This document shows, piece by piece, positions 27,201-38,021 of a stretch of DNA of 64,000 nucleotides. Position numbers and translations under genes: made by a program. How positions within the stretch are numbered: the stretch's first letter is position 1; each line of letters starts with the position of its first letter. The stretch covers positions 883,370 through 947,369 of the forward strand of contig JAPDFW010000125.1 of assembly GCA_028826165.1 (NCBI GenBank). Direction: 5' to 3'. The notes beneath the pieces are model-generated. The model did not search any database. It saw only the letters and a program-made list of their open reading frames with translations, and had not been told where the DNA came from. The stretch is from Anaeramoeba ignava BMAN (taxonomy: Eukaryota > Protista > Anaeramoebae).

Positions 27201-28695
27201 TCAATATTCAATATTCAATTTAATATTCATTTAATATTAATATTTAATATTAATATTCAATTTTATTCAATAATATATTTAATATTCAATATTCAATATT
27301 CCATTTTATTCCAATTCAATTCAATATTTAATATTCAATTCAATTCAATATTTAATATTTAATATTCAATTCAATTCAATATTTAATTCAATTCAATTCA
27401 ATATTCAATATTTAATATTCAATTCAATATTCAATTTTAATAAATTCAATATTCAATTTAATTCAATATTTAATTCAATTCAATTTAATATTCAATTCAA
27501 TTCAATATTCAATTCAATATTTAATATTCAATTCAATTCAATATTCAATTTCAATATTCAATATTCAATTCAATATTCAATTTATTCAATTCATTATTCA
27601 TATTCAATTTAATTCAATTTAATTATTTAATTCAATTTAATATTTAATATTTAAATTTAATTATATTTAAATTTAATTCAATTCAATATTTAATATTCAA
27701 TTCAATTCAATATTTAATATTCAATATTCAATTCAATATTCAATTCAATATTTAATATTTAATATTTAATTCAATTCAATTTAATATTCAATTCAATATT
27801 CAATTCAATTCAATATTTAATTCAATTCAATTTAATATTCAATTTAATTCAATATTCAATTCAATTCAATTTAATTCAATAAATTAGCAAGTCTTTATTT
27901 TGAAAATGATTATGATAATGATGATAATGATAATGATGATGAAAATTCAGATAAAAATCATGAAAGTTCATCAGATAAAGATCACAAATTTGTTGATAAT
28001 CCATATTCAACAAGTTCAGATGAAGACAATTTTGAAAATGATACAAATCAACCCAAAAAAAATGAAGAAATTGAAAATAAAACTGAAGATAATAATGAAA
28101 CAAAAAAGGAAGATCAAGATGATGATTTGATTAAAATTCCAAAAGAAGTTTTTCCAGAAAGGAAAAAAAGACCTGAAACTAAAAAACCAGGTTTTTTTCT
28201 TTATAATTTTCAAAAACAAAATCAAAAAAAATATTCAAAAACAAAAACAAAAACAAAAACAAAAACAGAAAAAGTTCAATATCAATATCAATATGAAGAT
28301 GAAGATGAAGGAGGTATTAAATTAGGTCTTGGTGATTTTATTTTTTATAGTGTTTTAATTGCAAAAGCTTCTTTAAATGATTATTCAACTGTATTTACTT
28401 GTTTTATTGCAATTTTAACTGTAAATTTTAAATTTTAAAAAAATCAAAAAATTTATTTGCTTTTTTTTATTTAAATTTTAAAAAAACAAAAAATTTATTT
28501 GCTTTTTATTATTTAAATTTTAAAAAAATCAAAAAATAGGGTTTATCTTTAACTTTATTCTTTTTAATTGTTTACCAAAAAGCTCTTCCTGCTTTACCAA
28601 TTTCTATTTCTTTTGGAATTATTTTCTATTTTCTTACAAAATTGGTTTTGGATCCTTTTATTGAACAACTTGGAAATTCAAGTGTTTTTGCTTAG
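24256..28695 (+). CDS. PSEN: Presenilin (gamma-secretase aspartyl protease)
   Basis: Motifs [35 protein letters not shown]|DIFAVL (first catalytic Asp), [26 protein letters not shown] (second Asp) and [10 protein letters not shown]. Confidence 0.95.
24850..26190. repeat. Intronic minisatellite (about AAATATTATTTAATCAAATTTCATTCCA) in presenilin
   Basis: Dozens of degenerate 14/28-bp units between the donor at 24816 and the acceptor near 26226. Confidence 0.85.
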
Positions 28696-28865
28696 TTTTT
28701 AATGGTTTAATTTCAAAAAAAATTTTTTCAATCCAAAAACAAAACTTACAAAAAACATTTTTTCCATTTTTTCTTTCATTTTTTTTCTTTCATTTTTTTT
28801 CTTTCATTTTTTTTCTTTTCGAATAAATTTTGTTTTTCATTTTTTCATTTTTTCATTTTTTCAAA

Positions 28866-30264
28866 ATGAAATCTTTAGTTCAATCTTATAAATCTGATTC
28901 TGAATCTGAAACAGATTCTAATTCAAATAATTTAAATGAAGATAATTTAAACGAAGATAATTTAAACAGAGATAATTTAAACGGAAATAATTTAAACAGA
29001 AATAATTTAAACAGAAATAATTTAAATGGAAATAATTTAAATGAAAATAATTTAAATGAAGATAATTTAAACGGAAATAATTTAAATGAAAATAATTTAA
29101 ACGGAAATAATTTAAACGAAAATAATTTAAATGAAAATAATTTAAATGAAGATAATTTAAACGGAAATAATTTAAACAGAAATAATTTAAATGAAAATAA
29201 TTTAAATGGAAATAATCAAGAAAAAATGAACAAACAATTAATTTTTGATAATCTTTTATCAACATTTCATCAGCACATTCAATCTTATACTAATAATCAA
29301 GATTTAAATAAGCAAAATGGAAATTATAATTTTCTTCAAACAAAAAGAGTTTCTCCATTAAAAGATATTGATTTAGTTTCAAATAAAATCAAGAATTTTA
29401 TCTCTAGACCTCAAGATTATAATGAAACATTGAGAAATCATAAATCATTTCGTAATCCTTCTGTTTCTGAAAAACTTGTGAAAAATTTAACAATTAATGA
29501 AAATGGAACTTTGTTTTCTTCAAATGTTCTAGATATTGATAAATTTACTAATATAAGTTACAAACAACTTAGTAAAAATTAAAATTAAAATTAAAATTAA
29601 AATTCTAAATCAAAATTAAAATTAAAATTAAAATTAAAATTAAAATTAAAATCAAAATTAAAATTAAAATTAAAATTAAAATTAAAAATTAAAATTAAAA
29701 TTAAAATTAAAATTAAAATTAAAATTAAAATTAAAATTTAAAATTAAAATTAAAATTTAAAATTAAAATTAAAATTAAAATTAAAATTAAAATTAAAAAT
29801 TAAAATTAAATTTAAAATTAAAATTAAAATTAAAATTTAAAATTAAAATTAAAATTAAAATTAAAATTAAAATTAAATTTAAAATTAAAATTAAAATTTA
29901 AAATTAAAATTAAAATTAAAATTAAAATTAAAATTAAAATTAAAATTAAAATTAAAATTAAAATCAAAATTCAAATTAAAATCAAAATTAAAATTAATAT
30001 CATTTTCGATTTATTTTTTTAGCACAAAAACAAAAAGAATTTGTTAAAGAAAAAGAACGACAAAAATTATTAAAAAGGCAAAATCCAGATTTTTCAAAAC
30101 CAATAATTGAATTTTGTAGTCCAAGAAACCAACAAAACCAACAAAATCAACAAAATCAACAAAAATCACAAAAATTAGATGCTTTATCAATATATAAACA
30201 AGCTAAAAATCGAAATAAAAGACAAAGAAATAAAAAGAAAAAATTTTATAAAAATAATAAATAA
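28866..30264 (+). CDS. SAP30BP: SAP30-binding protein / HCNGP-like (2 exons)
   Basis: Starts MKSLVQSYKSDSESE. HCNGP motif YNETLRNHKSFRNPSVSEKLVKNLTINENGT. Intron about 29572-30022; stop at 30262-30264. Confidence 0.75.
28927..29216 (+). repeat. Coding 15-bp repeat NLN(E/G/R)(D/N)
   Basis: About 19 copies of AATTTAAAYRRARAT in frame. Confidence 0.9.
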
Positions 30265-30574
30265 AATTCTTTAATTAAATAAAGATTTAGAATTTCTTTT
30301 AAATTTTTGATCAAATTTTGATTAAATTTTTAATTAAATTTCTTTTAAATTTTGACCAAATTTCTTTTAATTTGATCAAATTTAATTTGATTTAATTTAG
30401 ATCGCAGTTTATTTTCAGAATTCCTTTTTAAAATTGATGATTTGGAAAAAAATTTTGTTAAAAATTAAAAATCATTTTTTTTCTTTTTTAATTTTATTTT
30501 TTCTCATTTATTTTCTCATTTATTTTCTCAGTTATTTTAGTGAAAGTTTTTTTTTTATTGAATTGAGAATTCAA

Positions 30575-33500
30575 ATGACAAATTTAGAAAATCAAAATAA
30601 TTTTGGAAATGTTGAAAATTTTGGAAATGTTGAAAATTTTGGAAATGTTGAAAATTTTGGAAATGTTGAAAATTTTGGAAATGCTAATGATTTTGGAAAT
30701 GCTAATAATTTTGGAAATGCTAATGATTTTGGAAATGCTAATAATTTTGGATTTGGTGATACTCAATATGTTTCTGATATGCCAACTGGTAATTTGGGTG
30801 TTGATGGTGCTAATGGTGTTGATGGTGTAGATGGAATAGAAATGGGTGCTTTATCTCCTCAACCTCCTCCTCATTCAAATACTAAACCTATTAAAAATGA
30901 TGGAACTGGACAAAGTTATACTAATTCTGGAGGTTAGTCCTGCAAATTCAAATTCAAATTCTAATTATAATTCTAATTTTAATTTTAATTCTAATTCTAA
31001 TTCATAATTCTAATTTTAATTCTAATTCTAATTTTAATTCTAATTCAAATTCTAATTTTAATTCTAATTTTAATTCTAATTCTAATTCAAATTCTAATCC
31101 AAATTTAAATTCTAATTCTAATTCAAATTCTGATTTTAATTTTAATTCTAATTCAAATTCTAATCCTAATTCTAATTCTAATTCTAATTCCAATTCTAAT
31201 TCTAATTCAAATTCTAATTCTAATTCTAATTTTAATTCTAATTCTAATTTTAATTTTAATTTTAATTTTAATTCTAATTCTAATTCTAATTCTAATTCTA
31301 ATTCTAATTCTAATTTTAATTTTAATTTTAATTTTAATTCTAATTCTAATTAAAATTCTAATTCTAATTTTAATTCAAATTCAAATTCCTAATTTTAATT
31401 CTAATTCTAATTCAAATTTAAGCTTATGATGGTGGTAGTTCAACTTCAGTTTCTAATTTTAATTTTGTAATTTAAGCTTATGAGTAATTTTAATTTTGAA
31501 TCTTTAATTTTAATTTTTAATTTTGAATCTTTAATTTTAATTTTTAATTTTTAATCTTATTCCACTTTTTTTTTTACTTTTATTGATAAATTAGTGATGG
31601 ATGGTATTGATAAATAATTTAAAAAAAATATTCAATTTATTTCAAAATTTATTAATTCCTTTTTATTTATTTATATTATTTTCAAAAAATTTTTTGTGAT
31701 TATTATCAAAATTTAGTTGTGATTGTTGGTAAGTTTTTATTTTAAATATTTGGAAATTTTCATTTTATTCCACTTTTTTTTTTACTTTTATTGATAAATT
31801 AGTGATGGATGGTATTGATAAATAATTTAAAAAAAATATTCAATTTATTCAAAAATTTATTAATTCCTTTTTATTTATTTATATTATTTTCAAAAAATTT
31901 TTTGTGATTATTATCAAAATTTAGTTGTGATTGTTGGTAAGTTTTTATTTTTTATTCCACTTTTTTGGATCATATTAATAAATTAATTTAAAAAAAAATA
32001 ATCAATTTATTCCAAAAATTTATTAATTCCTTTTTATTTATTTATATTATTTGGAAAATTTTTTGTAATTGATTGTGATTATTATCAAAATTTAGTGGAG
32101 ATTGTTGGTAAGTCGTTATTTTTGAAATAATTTTATTTTATTCCACTTTTTTAATTCCACTTTTTTTTTTACTTTTATTGATAAATTAGTGACAGATGGT
32201 ATTTAGAAATAATTTAAAAAAAAATAATCAATTTATTCCAAAAATTTATTAATTCCTTTTTATTTATTTATATTATTTGGAAAATTTTTGTAATTGATTG
32301 TGATTATTATCAAAATTTAGTGGAGATTGTTGGTAAGTCGTTATTTTTGAAATAATTTTATTTTATTCCACTTTTTTAATTCCACTTTTTTTAATTTTAT
32401 TTAGTGAAGACTTTTGGTAAAATATTTTCATTCCAAAAAAAAATAATTTCAATATTAAAAATATTTATTTATTTATTGTTTTATTTTCTGATTATCTCTG
32501 AATACAACTTTTTTTTAGGAGTTGCAAGTAAGTTTTTGCTCTTTTTTTTTAAACAAAACATTTTTTTTTAATTTCTAATTACTTTTTTTTAGTTGCCTGT
32601 AAATATTCTCTTTTTAAAAAACAAAAATTGAAATTCATCTTTTCATTCCAATTTTAAAAATTTTATTTAATTAATTATTTTCATTTTATTTAGTAATTGC
32701 GAGTAATTTAATTTTAAAAAATTTGATCCAAAAATAGAATTTAAATTTTTTAATTTTAATTTTAATTTTAATTTTATTTGTTATTTAGTACTTGCGAGTA
32801 ATAATTTTATTTTAAAATTCTTCAATTTAATTAATAATTTTAATTTTTTTTATTTTCATTTTATTACTTTCTTATCAATTTAGATGTTGTGGAGGGTAAG
32901 TATTTTTAAATATTAATTAAAGAAAACTAAAACTAAAACTAATTTTGAAATTTATCTTTTATTTATTTAGATTTTGCGAGTAATTTTTTTATTTTAAAAT
33001 TTTTTTTTGAATTTTCCCTAATTCCACTTTTTTTTTCTGTTAAAATTTTTCTTTTAATGAATTTAGTTCTTGTGGAAAGTAAGTATTTTTTTAAAAATTG
33101 ATTAAAGAAAACTAAAACTAAAACTAATTTTGAAATTTATCTTTATTAATTTAGATGTTGCGAGTAATTTTTCTATTTTAAAATTCTTCAATTTAATTAA
33201 TAATTTTAATTTTTTTTATTTTCACTTTATTACTTCTTATCAATTTAGATGTTGTGGAGGGTAAGTATTTTTAAATATTAATTAAAGAAAACTAAAACTA
33301 AAGCTAATTTTGAAATTTATCTTTTATTTATTTAGTTGTTTGCAGTAATAATTTCTTTTTTAAATTTTTTTTGAATTTTCCCTAATTCCACTTTTTTTTA
33401 AAATATTAATTTAGATGTTTGGAGTAAAAATTTTCATTTTAATTAATTTTATTTTAAAGAAAACTAAAAAACCTTTATTCTTTTTATTATTCTTATTATA

Positions 33501-33727
33501 AAAAAATAAAAATTCCTTTCTTTTATTAATTTAGTGCTTGCGGGTAATTTATTAATTAATTAATTAATTTATTCAATTCATTTTTTGATAATTCATTTTT
33601 GATAATTTTTTAGAGAGTAAATTAATTTCATTTTCAATTTTCATTTTAATTTTCAATTTAATTTTTATTTTTAATTTAATTTTCATTTTAATTTTTAAAA
33701 TATAGTTGTAATTGTTCAATTTTTTAA
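30575..33727 (+). CDS. Micro-exon gene A: NFGN-repeat N-terminus + Cys-rich tail encoded by 21 symmetric micro-exons, ends in CaaX (CSIF)
   Basis: Exon 1 is 30575-30932. Then 31423-31434 (tentative) and 31477-31483, 21 AG/GT-flanked exons of 3-12 nt from 31595 to 33616, and a last exon 33706-33727. The spliced frame is open (about 200 aa, 30 Cys). Confidence 0.85.
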
Positions 33728-34247
33728 GTTTTATGATCCAAAAATAAAGGAATTTAGGATCGTATTTGGCTTCAATTCTCAAGCAAAATCAAAATCAAAA
33801 ATAAAATTAAAATCTAATTTTAATTTTAATTTTAATTTTAATTTTAATTTTAATTTTAATATTTAATTCCTTATTCAATTCTTTCATTTTAAAGAGATCA
33901 AAACAAAAAGAGTAAAAGAATAAATGGAGGGATTATCTCAATTACAATTTTTCTTCTAAAATAATTATGAAATTTATTTCTTAGATCTCTTCAAAAAAAA
34001 AGAAATAAAAAAATAATGATTCTTATTAAATTAATCCATTTAACAACTTTTTGCTTTTGTTTCGTTTGATTTCCTATTAAAAAAAAATGAGATCAAAAAT
34101 ATTTGAAAAAATGGCAAATAATTTTTTTTTTTGGCATTTTGATGAAAGGATTTTGATGAAAGAATTTTATTTGAGTTCATTTTTTTTTTTCTAAATTATT
34201 TTTGATTTATTTAGTGAAACAATTTATTTTTTTTTTCAATTAAAATT

Positions 34248-37200
34248 ATGCAAGGAAATAATAATAATATTATTCCACAAACAAACCCTGCAATCAATCA
34301 ATTTATGCCTCAACCTCAACCTCAAATTATGCCTCAAGCTCAATTTATGCCCCAAGCTCAACCCCAAATGATGCCTCAAACTTTTTCACCTCAAATTACT
34401 ACTCCAGTTGATCCAAGTATGACACCTAATCAAAACCCAAATGTTTTAGCTCAACATAATCAAGCTCATTCAAATCTAGGCAATACTGGAGGAATGGGTG
34501 GTGGTGGTACTGGACAATCTTATGTAAATTCAGGAGGTAATTAAATATTTAATATTCAAATAAATATTCAAACAAATATTTAATATTCAAATAAATATTC
34601 AATATTCAAATAAATATTCAATATTCAAATAAATATTCAATTAAATATTCAATTCAATATTCAAATAAATATTCAAATTAATATTCAAATAAATATTCAA
34701 ATAAATATTCAAATAAATATTCAAATAAATATTCAATTAAATATTCAATTAAATATTCAATTCAATAAATATTCAAATAAATATTCAAATAAATAATCAA
34801 TTCAAATAAATATTCAAATAAATAATCAATTCAAATAAATAATTAAAATAAATATTCAAATAAATATTCAATTAAATATTCAAATAAATATTCAATTCAA
34901 TATTCAATTAAATATTCAAATAAATATTCAAATAAATATTAAATATTCAAATAAATATCCAAATCAATTGAATTAAATTGTGATCATTTTTTTTGGTTTT
35001 GATTTTTCTTTTAGTTTATGATGGAGGCAATGATTGTTGTTGTTGTTATTGTTATTGTTGTGCTTGCAAGTAAGTTATTTTAAATTAAATTTTCAAATAT
35101 GTTTTTAATTTTGTTTTAATTAATTTTATTTTTATTTTTTTTAGTGGAGATCCGTAAAGAAAAAAAAAATTTTTTTTTCTCTTCTTTGAAAAATTAAAAT
35201 TAAAATTAAAATTAAAAATTAAAATAGTGTTTTTGGATGGTAAAAACAATTTTTTTTTTCCTTCTTTATTGAAAAATTTTTTTTTTGTGAAATTTCTTCA
35301 ATTTTCTACTTTTTTTTTCTTTTCTTTTATTTATTAAATATTCCTTTTTAATTTCAAAATAGTAATTGTGGATTGTAAGTTTTTGTTTTTTTTTTAAAGA
35401 ATAAAAATAATTAATTTACTGATTTATTAATTTAAATTTCTTACTTTAAAAATTTAAAATTAAAATAGATGTTCTTGTGGGTTAGTTCTTATTTTTTTTC
35501 TAAATCTTTTTTTCTATTTTCTAAAATTTAAATAATTTTATTTTAATTATTTAACAAAAAAAAATATTTAAATTTCAGCGATTGTAATTGGTAATTAGTT
35601 CATTTGATTTTTTTTTTGATTAAAAAAAAATAATTTAAAATGTTCCACTTTTTGTTCCACTTTTTTTTAAAATTATTTGCAAAAAAAAAAAATTAAATTT
35701 TAATTTAGTGATGGATGTTGGTAAGTTATATATTTAATTTATTATTTGATATATTTATAAATTTAATCATTTTTATTATTTTCTTCTTTTTTTTTTAAAT
35801 AGTCATCGATGGTAAATTTCTTTCATTTCCTTTTTCAAAAAGAAATAATAAATAAAAATCATTTTCAAATTCATTTTTCAAATTAATTTTATTATTTGGA
35901 AATTAAGTGGTATTTGGTGGTAAGTTAATAGAAAAAATACAAATCCAAATCTTTTTCTAATTAATTCCAAATTTGATTTCAAAATTAAATTAATTCAAAT
36001 TAGTGATCATTGTTTGTAAGTTAATCGAAAAAAATTAATTCTAAATCTTTTTTCTAATTAATTCCAAATTTAATTTCAAAATTAAATTCATTCAAAATTA
36101 ATTGAAATTAGTGAAAATTGTTGGTAAGTTAATTAAAAAAAAAAACTAATTTCCAAAATGAATAAAATGCAAAAAATTTTTATTCCACTTTTTTATTAAA
36201 ATCAAAATAAATTAGTTACGGATGGTAAATTTTAATTTGAATTTTTTATTTCTTATTTATTAAATTGAATTTATTTTAATTTAAATTTCTTTTTGAAATT
36301 TATTATTTGAAATTAGTAATGCTTGTGGGTAAGTTAATTCAAAATCAAAAATAAAATTTTCTAATTAATTTTTTTATTCCACTTTTTTTTTTATTTATTC
36401 CACTTTTTAAGTCAATGCTGGTAAGTTATTTATTTCTTTTTTTAATAAATATTAAATTTAATTATTTATTTATTTTAATTTTTTGAAATCAATTCAATTA
36501 GTCAAGGATGGTAAATTATAATTTTATTTTTTATTTCTGTTTTATTAAATTAAATTAATTTCTTTTTGAAATTATTTCAAATTAGTGATACTTGTTGGTA
36601 AGTTAATTTAAAATTTAATTCAAATTTGAATTTAATTATTTATTTATTTTAATTTTTTAAAATCAAATTAATTAGTCAAGGATGGTAAATTATAATTCTA
36701 TTTTTTATTTCTTATTTATTAAATTAAATTAATTTCTTTTTGAAATTATTTCGAATTAGTGATGCTTGTTGGTAAGTTAATTTAAAATTAAATTCAAATT
36801 TGAATTTAATTATTTATTTATTTTAATTTTTTAAAATCAATTCAATTAGTCAAGGATGGTAAATTATAGTTCTATTTTTTATTTCTTTTTTATTAAATTG
36901 AATTAATTTTAATTTAAATTTCTTTTTAAAATTTATTATTTGAAATTAGTGATGCTTGTGGGTAAGTTAATTTAAAATTAAAAATAAAATTTTCTAATTA
37001 ATTTTTTTGTTCCACTTTTTTTTTTATTTATTCCACTTTTTAAGTCAATGCTGGTAAGCTATTTATTTCTTTTTTTAATAAATATTAAATTTAATTAATT
37101 ATTTATTTTAATTTTTTAAAATCAATTCAATTAGTCAAGGATGGTAAATTATAATTCTATTTTTTATTTCTGTTTTATTAAATTGAATTTATTTTAATTT

Positions 37201-37757
37201 AAATCTCTTTTTGAAAATCAAAATAAATTAGTCAAGGATGGTAAGATAAAATTTTGATTTAATTTAATTTAATTTTGATTTGATTCGTTTTTATTCCTTT
37301 TTTAATTCCATTATTTTTTAGTGATTGTGGAGGATGGTAAGTTTAAATTTTAATTTAATTTTATTTCAAATTAATTTGATTTATTTTTTATTTATTTTTT
37401 TAGTAATTGTGGAGGATGGTAAGTTTAAATTTTAATTCTATTTTATCTCTCATTTCTTTTTTCTTATTTCTTTCTATTTTTTTTAAATTCCATTATTTTA
37501 GTGATTGTGGAGGATGGTAAGTTTAAATTTTAATTGAATTCTCATTTTTAATTAATTTATTTTATTTTTGATTTTATTTTTTTTAGTGATTGTGGAGGGT
37601 AATTTTTTTAGATTAATATTTTGATTTGATTTTATTTTTGGATTGAAAAATCCACAAAAAAAAAAGTGGAACAAAATCAAAAAAAATTTTTTTTAAATCA
37701 AATTTTTTTTTTCTTTTTTAAATAATAATTGATTAATTTAGATGCACAATTAATTAA
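34248..37757 (+). CDS. Micro-exon gene B: P/Q/M-rich N-terminus + Cys-rich tail encoded by 26 symmetric micro-exons, ends in CaaX-like CTIN
   Basis: Exon 1 is 34248-34536 and exon 2 is 35015-35069. Then 26 exons of 9, 12 or 15 nt from 35145 to 37598, and a last exon 37742-37757. The spliced frame is open (216 aa, 45 Cys). Confidence 0.9.
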
Positions 37758-38021
37758 GTTTGATTTATTTCCAAACAAATTTTTAGCAAAGAAATGGATA
37801 CTTTTAAACCAAAAAACAAGAATAAGAACGAAATGAATTTTTCTTTTTTTTTTTTTTTTAATTTTATTTTTCTCCTTTTAATTAAAAAATTTTTTTTAAT
37901 TATTTTTCTCCTTTTATTTTTATTTTTTTTTTAAATTAAAAAAAAAATTTTTTTTCTTTTTTTCTTTCTTTTTTTTTTTTTCATTTTTTTACACTTTCAT
38001 TTTTAGATTCATAAACTTAAC

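Noticed and set aside
35100-37600. Micro-exon arrays read as a CRISPR-like repeat/spacer array
   Set aside because: The context is eukaryotic and there are no cas genes. The conserved parts are AG/GT splice signals and the islands splice into an open frame.
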